From the human T2T-CHM13v2.0 reference genome, Homo sapiens, in the NCBI RefSeq assembly GCF_009914755.1, contig NC_060928.1: a stretch of 64,000 nt of DNA; one strand, 5' to 3'. The notes beneath the pieces are model-generated. The model had not been told where the DNA came from and did not search any database. It saw only the letters and a list, made by a program, of their open reading frames with translations. Both the position numbers and the translations under genes were made by a program. This document shows positions 31,270 through 45,185 of this stretch, one piece after another. Numbering within the stretch: position 1 is the stretch's first letter; the number at the start of each line of letters is the position of its first letter.

Positions 31270-32180
31270 ATGTTACATTTAACATATACAAACTCTTTGA
31301 CCCAGTAAGTCTACAGTGCCAAGTCTTTTTCTATATGTGTATGCACACACACATATACATATATACATATACACACACACACTATATATAGGCATTATTA
31401 TGACAAAAGCGTGAACATAAACTAATTGACCTTCAACAGGAAAGTAATTAGAAAAATTATGATATGGCTATACTACATAACACTATACAAACCTTCAAAA
31501 CAGTGACTTATGTCCCCATGCAAGGACCTGGAGGGGTGTTCACTAACCAAAGGCTAGAACTTCAAATATAAGAAAATAGGAGATGTCTCAATTTAAAATG
31601 TGCAATCAATTTGAATAGATATTTCGCAAGAGAAATTTCAATAAACATATGGAAAGCCATTCATTCTCAGAACGTCAGAAATATCTTGATAAAAGTCACA
31701 GTTAGATACCACACACCCACTTTCAAAAACACTGACAATATCACTGCTGTTGATGATAAGGAGCTCCTGGAACTCATAGATTGCTGGCAGAAATGAAAAT
31801 CTAGAATTATAGATTAAAACTGAATATAAAAATACCATAATTCAGCACTTTTCCTCTTAGGTATATGCTAAGCATATATGTGTATATATGTGTTTAAAAG
31901 GTCATGTAAAATAACATACATAGCAAGCATTATTCATAGCACCTTCAAACTGTTAACAATCCTCATATTCATAAGCAGAGTGAAGACACAGGTTAGGGTA
32001 TATTCATACCATGGAATACTATACAGCAATATAAATAAGCCAATTCCTATTGCATACACTGATATGGATAAACATCACAAACATAATTTGGAGTAAAATA
32101 AGTCAATGCAAAGGAATATATACTCAATGGATTTATTTACATAAAGTTCAAACACAGGTAGAACTAATTTATGGTGAATG
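31270..32180 (+). mobile_element. L1ME-type 3' fragments with embedded (TA/CA) microsatellite
   Basis: TATTCATACCATGGAATACTATACAGCAAT...ACAAACATAATTTGGAGTAAAATAAGTCA. Confidence 0.55.
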
Positions 32181-33746
32181 GCATAATTTTTCTAAAACAA
32201 AAGGGTAGGTCATTTCAACCCATACCTCAAGGAAAAGTATTCAAACTAGCAATAATAATATTGTAATATTGTTACTGTATAAAAATTGTGTTGAAATACT
32301 ATAACACATGGCTAAAAGAAGCAAATGTTCTAAATTATAATAAACAGTTTTGTTGTTTTAGTGATAATACAAATGTTAACATAAGAATGTTATAATAGTT
32401 ACATAAAAAATTTCAAAATCTCGCTCTTATTGAGAGATACAACCGTCTTAAACTAAAAGAATGAGGTTTGCGTTCTCTTACTTTACTTCCTAAAACATCA
32501 TTTTCCTTGTTTGTAAAATGCATTGCTAAATAATATCTACCTCACAAAGTTGTTATAAAGATTCAATGAAATTGTGTAAGCACATGCATTTCAAAAGCCT
32601 AAAAATTACTAATAAATGCAACTTCTTGTTCATATAAATGGCTCTAACAATTTTGGAGCGGTTTTGCATGCTGATGTACAAGTAAACATTTTTCAGATCT
32701 TATTTTTGTTTTTTTCTTCTTCCAAGCAAATTGCATACTAAAATTCATCTGCTATAAATATGTGTCATTATAAAGTATTTGCACACAATTTGGTTCTATT
32801 TTAAAAGTTTCTACCTCACTTGAGTACCAGTACCTTTCAAAAATAACTTATATTACTACAGTGTCTACGTCAGTGTTTCTCATCTTTTAGGTTTATTATT
32901 TTTAATTAACACCAACTAATGAACCTTTCTAGATATCATTTTTCTAATTGATACCCATGAAATTTCCATACTACAGATAAACACTCCATGTTTGTATAGT
33001 GTATGTAGATTTGTACTTTGAAAAGAGTAAAATCCCCTCCTCTTCTGCCAAGAACGAATTTTCACTTCTTTGGATGCAGTTGAGAATGTATGAACTAGAA
33101 TAAAGCTCATTTTAAACTTATATTTCTATTCATATTGCACAAGTCAATATTTGGAAAGTTCTTAGAACAGTGTCTGGTACAAGTTAGGTTTTATCTAGGT
33201 GTCTATTCATTAAATTCTGTGGGCAGTTCAGGTAGAAACACACAATTAATGCTAATTACAGTTTGAAATCATGCTCTCTGAGCTTTCTTGTTTGTGAATC
33301 CCATAAGAAAAAAAAATTCTTAACATGCACCACAAATGCCTGCATAGTTTGTTAATTGACAAGTTATATACCATATGCTTTGTAAAATAAACATAAAAAC
33401 AGGAACTACAGAAGAGGTAAAACTTATGTAGAAAGAGAAATTCTAGTATTTTCCTCCCACATCCCAATCACATCTGTATCAGTGAGAGGACTCTGATTTC
33501 AACACATAATGCTGTCAATGTTCATGTAAGAACGAACTTTTTTCATGTACCACTTTACATTGTCAAGGCCCTTTTGCATTAAATGTCATACTTGACCCAC
33601 ATGACTGCTCTGTGAGACTGAGATGAGCCAAGCAAGTAATAGTCCCCCTACAGTCAAATGAAGCTGAGAATCAGAGAAGTCAACGTGTCTTGAGCAAGCT
33701 GTGTGAGTACACAGTCAGAATCATTGCTGAATGTCATATCTGCCTC

Positions 33747-34848
33747 TTTGACTGCTAAGAGTTGCCTTAGCATAATTCTTAAGGGTCCTAGGATTTTTGA
33801 AATGGTCAGTGAGCCTTGGCCTCAACTTAAAGTCCCCAGCTCCATTAGCCCCTAACAAGAGAGTCAGTCTGTCCTCTGCAGCTTTGAAGGAAGACATTGA
33901 CTTCTCCTCTGTAGCTATAAAAGTCCTAAATGGCATCTTCTTCCAATAGGACACCATTATGTCTACATCAAAAATCTGTTGTTGAGTGTAGTCACCTTCA
34001 CCAATAATCGTAGATCGATCTTCTTGATAATTTGCTGCAGCTAGTGCATCAGAACTTTCAGCTTCACCTTGCACTTTTATGTTAAGGATAGTGTCTTTCC
34101 TTAAACATCATGAACCTACCTCTGTTAGTTTCAGACTTTTCTTCTGCAGCTCTCTCACCTTTCTCAGTCTTTACAGAATTAAAGAGAGTTAGGGCCTTGC
34201 TCTGCATTAGGCCTTGCATTAAGGAAATATTGTGGCTGGTTTGATCTTCTATATAGACCATATCAGCAATAGGCTTTTTGAATTTCCTTCAAGAACATTT
34301 TCTTTTCACTTATAACTTGGCTGTTTGGCACAAGAAGCCCAACTTTCAGCCTATCTCAGCATTCAGCATGCTTCCTGCATATTTAAAGTGAGAGACATGC
34401 AACTCTTTCACTTGAATACTTAGAGTCCATTGTAGGATTTGGTTGGCCAAATTTTAATATTCCTTTGTCTCAGGTAATAGGGCAGCCCACGTTGAAAGAA
34501 AGAGATGGAAAATGGTCAGTCAGTGAATGGAGCAGTCAGAAAATGTACAATATTTATCCATTAAGCTTGCCATCTTATCTGGGCACCGCTTGTGACATCT
34601 CAAAACAATTTCACTAGTAACATCAAAGATCCCTGATCACAGATCACCATAACAGACAAAATAATGATGAAATAATTTGAAATACTGTGAGAATTACCAA
34701 ACTGACACAGAGACATGAAGTTGGTACATGCTGTTGAAAATACAGGCTTGCTCAACACAGGGTTGCTACAAACCTTCAATTTGAAAGAAAAAAACAACAC
34801 TATCTGCAAAGTGCAATAAGGCAAAGCACAATAAAACAAGGTATGCTT
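33747..34848 (-). mobile_element. Tigger1 DNA transposon, 5' portion with decayed transposase
   Basis: ORF-track peptide QQIFDVD...WKKMPFRTFIATEEKSMSSFKAAEDRLTLLLGANGAGDFKL; left TIR reverse complement GCAATAAGGCAAAGCACAATAAAACAAGGTATGC at ~34813-34846. Confidence 0.9.
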
Positions 34849-35423
34849 TATGAGGAGGATGCTTGGGGAAAAGCCACTGAATGTGGTAAATTTTGTGCAG
34901 ACCTTGATTCACAGAGTGAATCATGTGGATTTCTAAAGGAAGAGCATCCCATGCTAAAAATACATCAACTTGAGGACTGGACTTAATGTGTTCAAGGAAA
35001 GTAAGGAGGCCAGTGTGGTTTGAACCATTGGAAAGAGAGCCTTTAATTTCAAAGCAATGGGAGCGGAAAAGGAAGGATGCAGAAAGACACAAGGGGCAGT
35101 GAGCCTGCATGCTTTCCCATAATCAAGCTCATTTTCTCTTTTTCTAATGTTGGAAGAGGGATTTAAAAGACTAATCTAAGAGACTGTTCTAAAGCTTCTC
35201 AGTTAAACAACCCCAGAGTCGATATTCATATCCAGGCCAGACCAAAACCCCAGAGGATTTCCCACTACTCCTGATGTGCACCCACTTCTCGCTGGCTTTA
35301 CACAAGAGAGGTGTTTATGGAAACTTTAGCCATGCTTCTAAGCTCTACCTTCTTGCTTCCTGAATTGTTTGCAAGTTTTCCATTCAACAGGACAACACAA
35401 ACAGACTTTCAGCGACGGATTTA

Positions 35424-38400
35424 CTTTTCTTTGCAAATTTTATTTTAGGTTCGGCAGGTACATGTGCAGGTTTGTTACATGTGTAAATTAAGTGTTTTTG
35501 AAGTTTGGTGTACAGATTGTTTTGTCACCTATGTAATAAGAATAGTGCTTGATAGGTGGTTTTTTGAACCTCACCCTCGTCACACCCTCCACCTTTAAGT
35601 GGGACTCGGGATCTGTTTTCTTCTTTGCGTACATGTGTACTCAATGTTTAGCTCCCACTTATTAGTGAGAATGTATATATTTGGTTTTTTATTCCTGTAT
35701 TAATTCACTTAGGAAAATGGCCTTCAATTGCAACCATGCTGCAAAGGACACGATCTTGTTCTTTTTATGGCTGTGTAGTATTCCATGGTGTATATGTACC
35801 ATGTTGTCTTTGTTGTCATGAGGTATATGTACCATGGTTGTCTCCATGTCTTTGCCATTGTAAATGGGGTGCTGTAATTAACATACACGTGCATGTGCCT
35901 TTATGGTAGAACAATTTATATATTCCTTTGGGAACATACCCAAAAATGGGATTGCTGAGTTGAATGGTAGTTCTACTTTAAGTTCTTTGAGAAATCTCCA
36001 AACTGCTTTCGACAGTGGCTAAACTAATTTACAATCCCAATAGCAGTGTAAAAGTGTTCCCTTTTTTCTGCAACCTCATCAGCATCTGTTATTTTTTGAC
36101 TTTTTAATAATAGCCATTCTGACTGGTGTGAGATAGTATGCTATTGTGGTTTTTATTTGCATTTCTCTAATCATTAGTGATGTTGAACATTTTTTTCATA
36201 TTCTTGTTGGCCATGTGTATGTCTTCTTTGAAGAAGTCTCTGTTCTTGTCCTTTGCCCATTTTTAAAAATGCGGTTGTTTGGTTTTTGCTTGTTAATTTG
36301 TTTAAGTTCCCTATAGACTTTGATATTAGACCTTTGTCATATAGTTTGAAAATATTTGCTCTCATTCTGTGTGTTGTCTGTTTACTTTGTTGATAGTTTC
36401 TTTTGCTATGCAGAAGCCCTTTAGCTTAATTAAACCCCATTTGTCAATTTTTGTTTTTACTACAATTGCTTTTGGCAATTTCATCATGAAATCTTAGCCA
36501 GGGCTTAAGTGCAGAGTGATATTTCCTAGGTTTTCTTCTAGGGCTTTTATAGTTTTAAATTATATATTTAAGTCTTTAATCCAATTTAATATTTTTTTAA
36601 TATGGTGAAAGAAAGGAGTCCAGTTTCAATCTTCTGCATATGGCTAGCCTGTTATCCCAGCACCATTTATTGAGTATGGAGTCTTTCCCCCTTGCTTATC
36701 TTTGTCAACTTTACTGAAAATCAGATGGTTGTAGGTGTGCAGCTTTATTTCTGTGTTCTCTATTCTGTTACATTAGTCTATGTGTCTGTTTTGGTGTCAG
36801 AAACATGTTTTGGTTACTGTAGCCCTGTAGTACAGTTTGATATCAGGTAATGTGATTCCTCTGGCTTTTTTTTTTTTTTCCTTAGGATTTCTTAGGCTAT
36901 TTGAGCTTTATTTTGTTTCCATATAATTTAAAAAAATTTTTTTTTCTAATGCTGTGAAAAATGTCATTGGTAGTTTGATAGGAATAGCACTGAATCCATA
37001 AATTGCTTTGGGCAGCATGGCTATTTTAACAATAATAATTCTATCCATGAGCATGGAAAGGTTTTCATTTGTTTGTGTCATCTCTGATTTCTTTCAACAG
37101 TGTTTTGTAATTCTCATTGTACAGATCTTTCACCTCCCTGGTTAGCTATACTTATAGGTGTGTAGAAATGCTACTGATTCTTGTACATGTATTTTGTATC
37201 CTGAAAGTTTGCTGAAGTTGTTTATCAGATCTAGGAGCTTTGGAGAAGACAGTATGGAGTTTTCTAAGTATAAAATCATATAATCAGCAAAGAGAGATAG
37301 TTTGACTTCCTCTCTTCTTATTTGGATGCCTTTTATTTCTTTATTTTGCCTGATTGCTCTGACCAGGACTTCCAGTACAATGGTGAATAAGAGTACAGAG
37401 AGTCTTGTTTTGGTCCTCAAGGGGAACACTTTGGGCTTTTGCCAGTTTAGTACAAAGTTGAGTGTGAGTTTTGATTCTTTCTATCCATGAACATGGAAAG
37501 TTTTTCCATTTGTTTATGTCATCTCTGATTTCTTTCAGTAGTGTACTTTAATTCTCACTGTAGAGATATTTCACCTTTCTGGTTAGCTGTATTCCTACAT
37601 AACTTATCAATATAGATGGCTCTTATTATTTTGAGCTATGTTCCTTCAATTCCTAGTTTTTTGATGATTTTCAACATGAAGGGATGTTGAGCCTTATCCA
37701 ACGTGTTTTCCTCATGTATTGAGATGATCGTATGATTTTTGTTTTTAATTCTGTTGATGTGATGAATCACATTTATTGACGTGTGTATATTGAACCAATC
37801 TTGTATCCCAGTAATAAAGCCTACTTGATCATGGTGGATTAGCTTTTTGATGTGTTGCTGGATTCATTTTGCTAGTATATTGCTGATGATTTTTGCATCT
37901 ATGTTTATCAGGGATATTGACCTGAAGTTTTTTTTCTTTTTTCTTTCTTTTTTGTTTTGTCTCTGCTAGGTTTTGGTATCAGAATTATGCTGAGTTAGGG
38001 ACGAGTTTCTCCTCTTCAATTTTTTGTAATAGTTGCAGTAGAATTGATACCAGCTTTACTTAGGACATCTGGTAGAATTCAGATGTGAATTTTTCTGGTC
38101 CTGGGCTTTTTCTGGTTGGTAGGCTTTTTATTTTTGATTCGGTTTCAGAACTCATTGTTGGTCTGTTCATGGTTTCATTTTTTCCTGGTGCAATCTTGAG
38201 AGGTTGTAAGTTTTCTACATTTTATCTATTTATTGTAGGTTTTCTAGTTTGTATGCATAGAGGTGTTCATAATAGTCTCTGAGGATTTTTTGTATTTCTT
38301 TGGCATTGGTGGTAATGTTCCCTTTGACTTTTCTGATTGTGTTTCTTTGGATGTTCTCTCTTTTTTCCTTTGTTAGCCTAGCTAGTGCTGTATAAATCTT

Positions 38401-41400
38401 ATTTATTCTTTTAACATACTGACTTTTGGTTTTGGTGACCTTTTGTATGGTTTTTCACAACTCCATTTCACTCTGATTTTGGTGATTTATTTTCTTCTGC
38501 TAGCTTTAGGATGTGTTTGCTCTTTTTTTTTTCTATTTTCTCTAGGCTTAATGTTAGATTCTTAATTTGAAATCCTTCTAACTTTTTGATGTGGGCATTT
38601 GGTGCTATAAAATTTCTTCTTAACACTGCTTTAGCTGTGCCCCTGAAATTCTGGTATGTTTTATCACTGTTTTCATTACTTTCAAATAATTTGTTAATTT
38701 CTCCCTTAACTTGTTTACCCAAAGGTCATTCAGAAGCAGGTTGTTTAATTTTCATGTAATTATATGGTTTAGTGAGATTTTCTTAGTATTGATTTCTATT
38801 TTTATTATGCTGTGATCTGACAGTGTGGTTGGTATGAGTTTGGTTTTTATGAATTTGTTGCGAATTGTTTTATGACAGATTGTATGGTTAATTTTAGAGT
38901 ATGTGCCATATGCAGATGAAAAGAATGTATATTTCGTTGTTGTCGAGTGGAGTGTTCTGTAGATGCCTGTTAGATCCATTTGGTCAAGTGCCGAGTTCAG
39001 GTCTTTAATATCATTGTTAGTTTTCTGACTCAGTAATCTGTCTAATACTGTCAATGAGGTCTTGAAGTCTCCCAATATTGTTGTGTGTTTATCTAAGTCT
39101 CTTTGTAGTCTTTAAGATCTTGTTTAATCAACTTGGGTAATCCAGTGTTGGGTGCATACATATTCATACATATTGTACTTTTTATCATTATGTAATGCTC
39201 TTCCTTGTCTTCTTACACTGTTGATTTAAAGTCTGTTTTGTCTGAAATTAGTATAGCAACCCCTGTTCTTTTTTTTTGTTTGTTTTCCATTTGCTTGGTA
39301 GATTTATCTCCATCCATTTACTTTAAGCCTATCAATGTCATTGCATGTGAGATAATCTCTTGAAGACAGAATACAGCTGGGTCTTGCTCCTTTCTCCATT
39401 TGACCACTATGTGTGCCTTTTAAGTGGGGCATTTAGCCCAGTTATGTTTAAGGTTAATATTGATATGTGCAGATTTGATCCTGTCATCATGTTGTTAGCT
39501 GGTTGCTATGCAGATTTTATTGTATAGCTGATCATAGTGTCAATGATCTATATACTTAAGTGTGTTTTTGTGGTGGCCAGTAACAGTTTTTTATTTCCAT
39601 GTTTAGCACTCCTTTAAAACATTTTATAAGGCAGGTCTTTCCCCAGTGATAGTAGAATAGATGGGATCAGGGGTGTTAATCAGGTTAAGTTGTTTCAGGT
39701 GTGAGATAGTAATAGGGTTGTAGTGCTTGAGTTTAGGTTGAGTACTAGGAATGCAGTAGTTGTTAGAATAAAATAGATGGCTAGGTTAAAAATGGTAATA
39801 TTTGGGTTGTATATTAGCACTGCTATTATTCAGCCTATGTGAGTGATTGGGGAGTATGCTAGGATTTTACGTAGTTGTGTTTGATTAAGTCCAGCCTGCC
39901 ATGATAGATAAAATTGAAAGGGTAAGAATAATATTTATGTTTACTAATGGGGAGATTTGATATGTAATTGAAATGGGGTTAGTTTTTGTCATGTGAGGAG
40001 GAGTAGGCTGGGTATTAGCGGGGGTTCCTTGAGTAACTTCTGGGACTCAGAAGTGGAAGGGGGCTATTCCTAATTTTATTACAAGGGCTATTATTATTAT
40101 TAAAGATGAATATTGGTTAGTGGTGTTGATTGTGGTTCACTGTCTGGAAAGCAGGTTATTAGAGAGAATGGCTATTATGATGATTATGGATGCAGTTGCT
40201 TGTGCGAGGAAATATTTAATAGTGGCCTCTGTGGAATGGGGGTTTTGGTGGTAATGAATTCCCATAGCATCTGCTTATCTGAAAAGGATCTCATTTCCTC
40301 TTTTGCCTATGAAGCTTAGTTTGGCTGGATATGAAATTCTTAGTTGGGAATTCCTTTTTTTAAAGAATGCTGAATATAGGCTCTCAATCTCTTCTGGTTT
40401 GTATGGTTTCTGCTGAAACGTCTACTGTTAACCTAAAGATGTTCTCTCTGTAAGCAACCTCCCCCTTCTGTCTAGCTACATTTAATATTGTCTTTCACTT
40501 TGCCCTTGGAGAATCTGATGACTATGTTTCTTCAGGATAATCATCTTGTATAGTATCTCACGGGAGTTCTCTGCATTTCCTGAAAATGAATGTTGACCTC
40601 TTCAGTGAGGTTGAGAACATTTTCACGGACAATATCTTCAAATATGTTTTCCAAGTTGCTTGTTCTCTCTCCCTCTCTTTCAGGGATGCCAATGAATCAT
40701 ATGTTTGGTCTTTTTACATAATCCTATATTTCTTGGAGGTTTTATTATTTTTTATTCTTTCTGTTTTTTTTTTTAATTTTCTGACTGAGTTGATTTGAAG
40801 AACTGGTCTTCAGGCTGTAAGAATTCTTTCCTCAACTTGGTCTATTCTTCTATTGATACTTCCAATTGTATTATAAAATTATTTTAATGAGTTATTTGGC
40901 TCTATCAGAACAGTTTTGTTCTTTCTTTAAAAATGGCTGTTTAGTATTTCAGCTCTTGTATTATTTTATTGGATTCCTTAGATTTCTTGGGTTGGATTTT
41001 GACTTTTTCCTGAATCTCAATGATCTTGATTCCTATCTAGATTCTGAATCCTATGTCTGTCACTTCAGCTATTTCAGCCTAATTAAGAACCATTTCTGGA
41101 AAACTAAGTGTGGTAATTTGAATTTGAAGGTAGGAAAATACTGTGACTTTGAGTCGTCAGAGTTCTTACACTGGTCCTTTCCCATCTGTGTAAGCTGGTG
41201 TTCATTTAATCTTTGAAGTTGCTTTCCTTTAGATAAGGTTTTTTTTTTTCTTCTTGTATATTCTTTGATGCACTTGGAGGCTTGACTGTGGCATAAGGTG
41301 GGTTTAGTAAACTGGCTTTTTTCTGGATAACTTCAGCAGGACAAGGCTTAGCTCATCACTTCTGGTCTGCATGCTCTCACCCTGGGGGACTGGTATCAGG

Positions 41401-41630
41401 TGCATGGCTTTGTTCTCTGGCCCCTCAAGGTTCAGGACCTGCTGTGCTGCAGGGCCCAAGGTGTTCCCAGTCCATTTGCAACACCACTGTGATGGGGGAT
41501 GCTGGTCAAAGTACTTCACATGGACAGCGGTAGTGGGATTTGCTCTCATATACATGTGTCATCAGTGATGGCAGTGCAGCAGGATGTGTGCACATTAGTG
41601 AGGGCAAGGCACCAGTGGGGGCTTGACTGT
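35424..41630 (-). mobile_element. Near full-length LINE-1, L1PA15-like, interrupted by a NUMT
   Basis: 3'UTR TTTGGTGTACAGATTGTTTTGTCACC...GATAGGTGGTTTTTTGAACCTCACCCTC; decayed ORF2 ([12 protein letters not shown]) and ORF1; GC-richer 5'UTR remnant ~41270-41630 (5' end approximate). Confidence 0.85.
39639..40245 (-). pseudogene. MT-ND2: NUMT: nuclear copy of mitochondrial ND2 (approx. codons 49-253)
   Basis: Minus strand in vertebrate mitochondrial code reads [19 protein letters not shown]...MKLGMAPFHFWVPEVTQG...TWQKL...[22 protein letters not shown]...; in-frame TGA at Trp positions; G/T skew of the mtDNA heavy strand; frameshifts near 40020 and 39894. Confidence 0.95.
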
Positions 41631-41633
41631 CAC

Positions 41634-41754
41634 TTTTTTTTTTTGTAGATGCAAGGTCTCACTCTGTCACCCAGGCTGGTCTCAAATTCCTGGCCTCAAG
41701 CAGTCTTCCTGCCTCCCCAGGTGATGAGATTACAGATGTGAGCCACCACTCCCA
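41634..41754 (-). mobile_element. FLAM_C Alu left monomer
   Basis: polyT-GTAGATGCAAGGTCTCACTCTGTCACCCAGGCTGGTCTCAAATTCCTGGCCTCAAGCA...GATTACAGATGTGAGCCACC. Confidence 0.8.
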
Positions 41755-44656
41755 GTGCTTCAGCAGACTAATTTTCATTCTTAACTCCTAAACACAGTTT
41801 TCACTGTGGAGACACTATCTGGCGACTTTCAAGCAATTTCTTATTAATGGGTAGAATCGAACTAAACTAGAGTTAGTTAAGGTAGTCCGGTTCATAGTCC
41901 CCCACCTAGAGGGAGAGGTATGCTATATTCTAAAATCTCAGCTATCCAGAACCAAGCTGAGTATGCCTAAGAGAACAAACACTGGCCTTAAAATTAGAGT
42001 TAGAATCCATGTGACAACATTTATTAATTACATTTTTTAAGGAGGTTATCAGGCTCATATTCAAATTCTATTCACTCATTCTTTACCAAGATGTATAACA
42101 TGCTAGACTGTCAGTGTTGCAGGATGACAGCTTGCAAGTAGAGGGACCAATTGCCCCTAATGTCCCTAATTGAAGGGTTCCACAGGAGTTGGGGACTGTA
42201 GAACGAAAACTAGGAAAGCCTGGGGCAAGCAGAAGCCAGCCACCCTATTTCAAACCATCTTCAAGACTAACAGCAGTTGATAGATGTGGACAGAGAAAGA
42301 TGCTACAACAGAACAAGCCAAAAACTGATCTTCCAGAAAGAGTCAACAAAACAAGTAAAGTTAAGGACATGATAATTTCAAGCACTGCAATTGGGTCATT
42401 TAGTGCAAGAGAAAATAAGCTTTCATGCTTCACACCCATGAGGATATCTAAAATTATAGCACAGCACAAAAATGGATATGATTTTAGTTTAAAAAGTAGA
42501 GAAATATGAAGTTTATTTATAAAGTTTTCATTTCAATAACTAACCAAATGTAGTTGCTTTATTAAAAGGACAGCTTTTAGTTATTTGCAAAATTGTCTCT
42601 TAGGAAATAGCACATTTTCCAGTGTTGTTGGACAAATGAGAGGCAACTGTAATATAATATGCTAGAGGCCATCTGCACCTAAACTGCTATTCTAAGCTTT
42701 GAAAAAAGTGGTAATTTGTTCAGGCTTCTACTAATTTGGGCACTAGAGGGATAATTGGTTAAGTAATATCCTTGTAGTAGAAAAAAGAAAGAAAAATATA
42801 TCTCTGCGCTTTCAAGAATGTCTTATGGGCAATTCAGGTGTCATTTGCTCATCAATAAAATCTACACCAGCATATGACTTAAAAGCAAAAAATGGTGATT
42901 CGATCTGGTGAAAGATAGATAGGCACAGATCTTTACTGTGAGAATATGTAATCTGTAGGTTCTAAAATTAGGGCAGAGTCTAATTTTAATTTTTTACAAC
43001 AAATTTATTTTTGTCAAAATAAATTTTTTAAACATGTCTTAAAGTCTTTAGAATATTTGGAATAAAATATTTTCAGCTCTGTTAATAATTTCACATGTAA
43101 TAATGACATTCCAATATCAATTTATAATTTAAAAGACACATCAGATACTTCACTTCAAACCCAATAATGCTACAATAGAAATATTAACTCTGTTGTATAA
43201 ATGCAGACAATTACTCTTAGAAAGAGGAATAAATTATTTAGTACCTACTGCATTTTACAATGCATTATTTTATTTAATCCTTTTAGTAACCTGACACAGA
43301 AGGAATCACTAATGCCATTTACAAATGAGGAAACTCACGCTTAGGTAAATTTGTTTCTTGGCTTTTCAAAATCCAAAATCTATATTTCCCCTCTGCATTT
43401 CTATATTTCCAAATAACTTGCTAAGAAACACTCAGCAAACCAGTAGATTTCAAACAGCTCCATCACTCAGCCTGGGGTTCTTTCTGATAAATTAAAAAAA
43501 ACTAACTTAGCTGTTATTACTTTTTAATGATAATAAGCAAGCATTGACTTCTAATGAAACTAAACAAACAATAAAAATCTCGAATTTGGTTCTATACAGT
43601 AAAATTTACAGTTGAATAAACTGGCTTATGTAAGCTGTAAATTAATATGTAATAAACAGTTTACCAGAATAGCCTGGTTTCTCAAATGTATCACCCTTAA
43701 ATTAGTCAAAATGGCTATTAGAGTTGCATTTTATCTGTTATCATGTAATAATATGCAAATATTTATTTTATCCTCTTAATAAATACATATTGAGTATCAA
43801 CTATATGCCAGGATTATCTAAAACTGAGATTTGAAGGTAAGCAAACATAGCCCAGCGCCGAAAGCTCTCACAATTTAGGTGAGTGTGGTTCCAAATTGCT
43901 GGCTCCATCTGTTTATGTTAAGAATCATTGAATTTTAAAAGTGACCACATATGCAGCCCTAGCTAAATACAAATGATGGTCAAACGCAGGGGAGCAGATC
44001 TACAATTTGGAGACAGTCATGACAAAATTTAGCTACAGCCAGTTTTATGTGAAACAACAATAATAAAAAAGATGGCTATGTGATAATTCTGCTGGGCACT
44101 TTATGCATCATTTCATGGTTGCAAATCTGTAAAAGACATATTATCACCATGTTACAGGAGACAGAGATTGCACAGATGCTAAGTAGTGGAGATAGGTTTT
44201 GAATGACAGACATTGACAAGAGATTATTATAATACCATGGGATAAGACTTATGATAAAGTTATGCAAAAATTGGTGTGAGTGTAGAATACAGGATACATG
44301 ATTAATTCAATAAAAGGCCTATTTCCAGAAGACTTATACTGTCTATGGTAGAGACCAAATTTTGCTCATAGGTCAAATGTGGAGATATGTCAGTGAGCAA
44401 ATTAGTATAGCCATTGTTAAATCACTGTACTGTTCATTGATAAAACTGTCTGTTACAATGGCAGAATTACCTAAAGTTTAAACTGAGGACATCTCTCTAT
44501 AGTTCACTGATAAATAATCCCAATCTGGGTTTAGTCCTAAACACCAAACCAGGAGCACATTAGACAATAATTATTAGTACTTAGGTCTTGAGAACTATAC
44601 TTCATGACTTTGGTCAATATCAAAAATTTACTTTTTCTGTTAAAATAAACTCAGTA

Positions 44657-44815
44657 AGCTGTGTGTGGTGGTGCACTCCTATAGTCCCAGCTATTCTAGA
44701 GGCTGAGGTAAGAAGATTGCTTGAGCCCGGGAGTTAAAGGCTGCAGCAAGCTATGATGGTACCACTGCATTCCAGCCCAGGTGGCATAGCAAACCCTCAT
44801 CTCTTAAAAAAATTT
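44657..44815 (+). mobile_element. Alu monomer (FRAM/FAM-like)
   Basis: GTGGTGGTGCACTCCTATAGTCCCAGCTA...GATTGCTTGAGCCCGGGAG...CCACTGCATTCCAGCC...A tail. Confidence 0.8.
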
Positions 44816-45185
44816 AAAAGTCTCAAATCAGTACTGACAGTCTTATTAGTTTGAAATAATTCTGAATTATACTTTGAGTCTGGGAAATCTAATTCTAGCC
44901 ATCCCAGAGATTAAATCAACTCATTGGAATTTGGACTGTGCAGACTGAACACCTAAATTGAGAAGCTAATGCTACTTAGTTGGGGAATTGTGTTTCATTA
45001 AAAATGCTATTCCGGTCAATGTTGTTACATAGTGGCCTCTCAAAAATATGGTGCAAATGAATGACTATTAATGTTACTACTTTATGTTACTACTTTTGCT
45101 GTAATGTTACTATTTTTCTATGGCTGTGGAAAATTATTCCAGCACCTTGAATTTTTGTTGAAGAGTTTATGATTTGTCAAGCACT

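Noticed and set aside
32916-33110. 64 aa minus-strand ORF in non-repeat DNA
   Set aside because: No recognisable homology or exon evidence
39639-40245. Possibility that the ND2 block is contaminating mtDNA or a functional gene
   Set aside because: It has frameshifts, appears clearly diverged from human ND2 as remembered, and is flanked by contiguous L1 sequence, as expected for a real old NUMT
42189-42509. 106 aa ORF in apparently unique DNA
   Set aside because: TTG start, no recognisable domain, no convincing splice or promoter context; expected by chance
45068-45116. Three imperfect ATGTTACTACTTT repeats
   Set aside because: Ordinary short degenerate tandem repeat with no further structure
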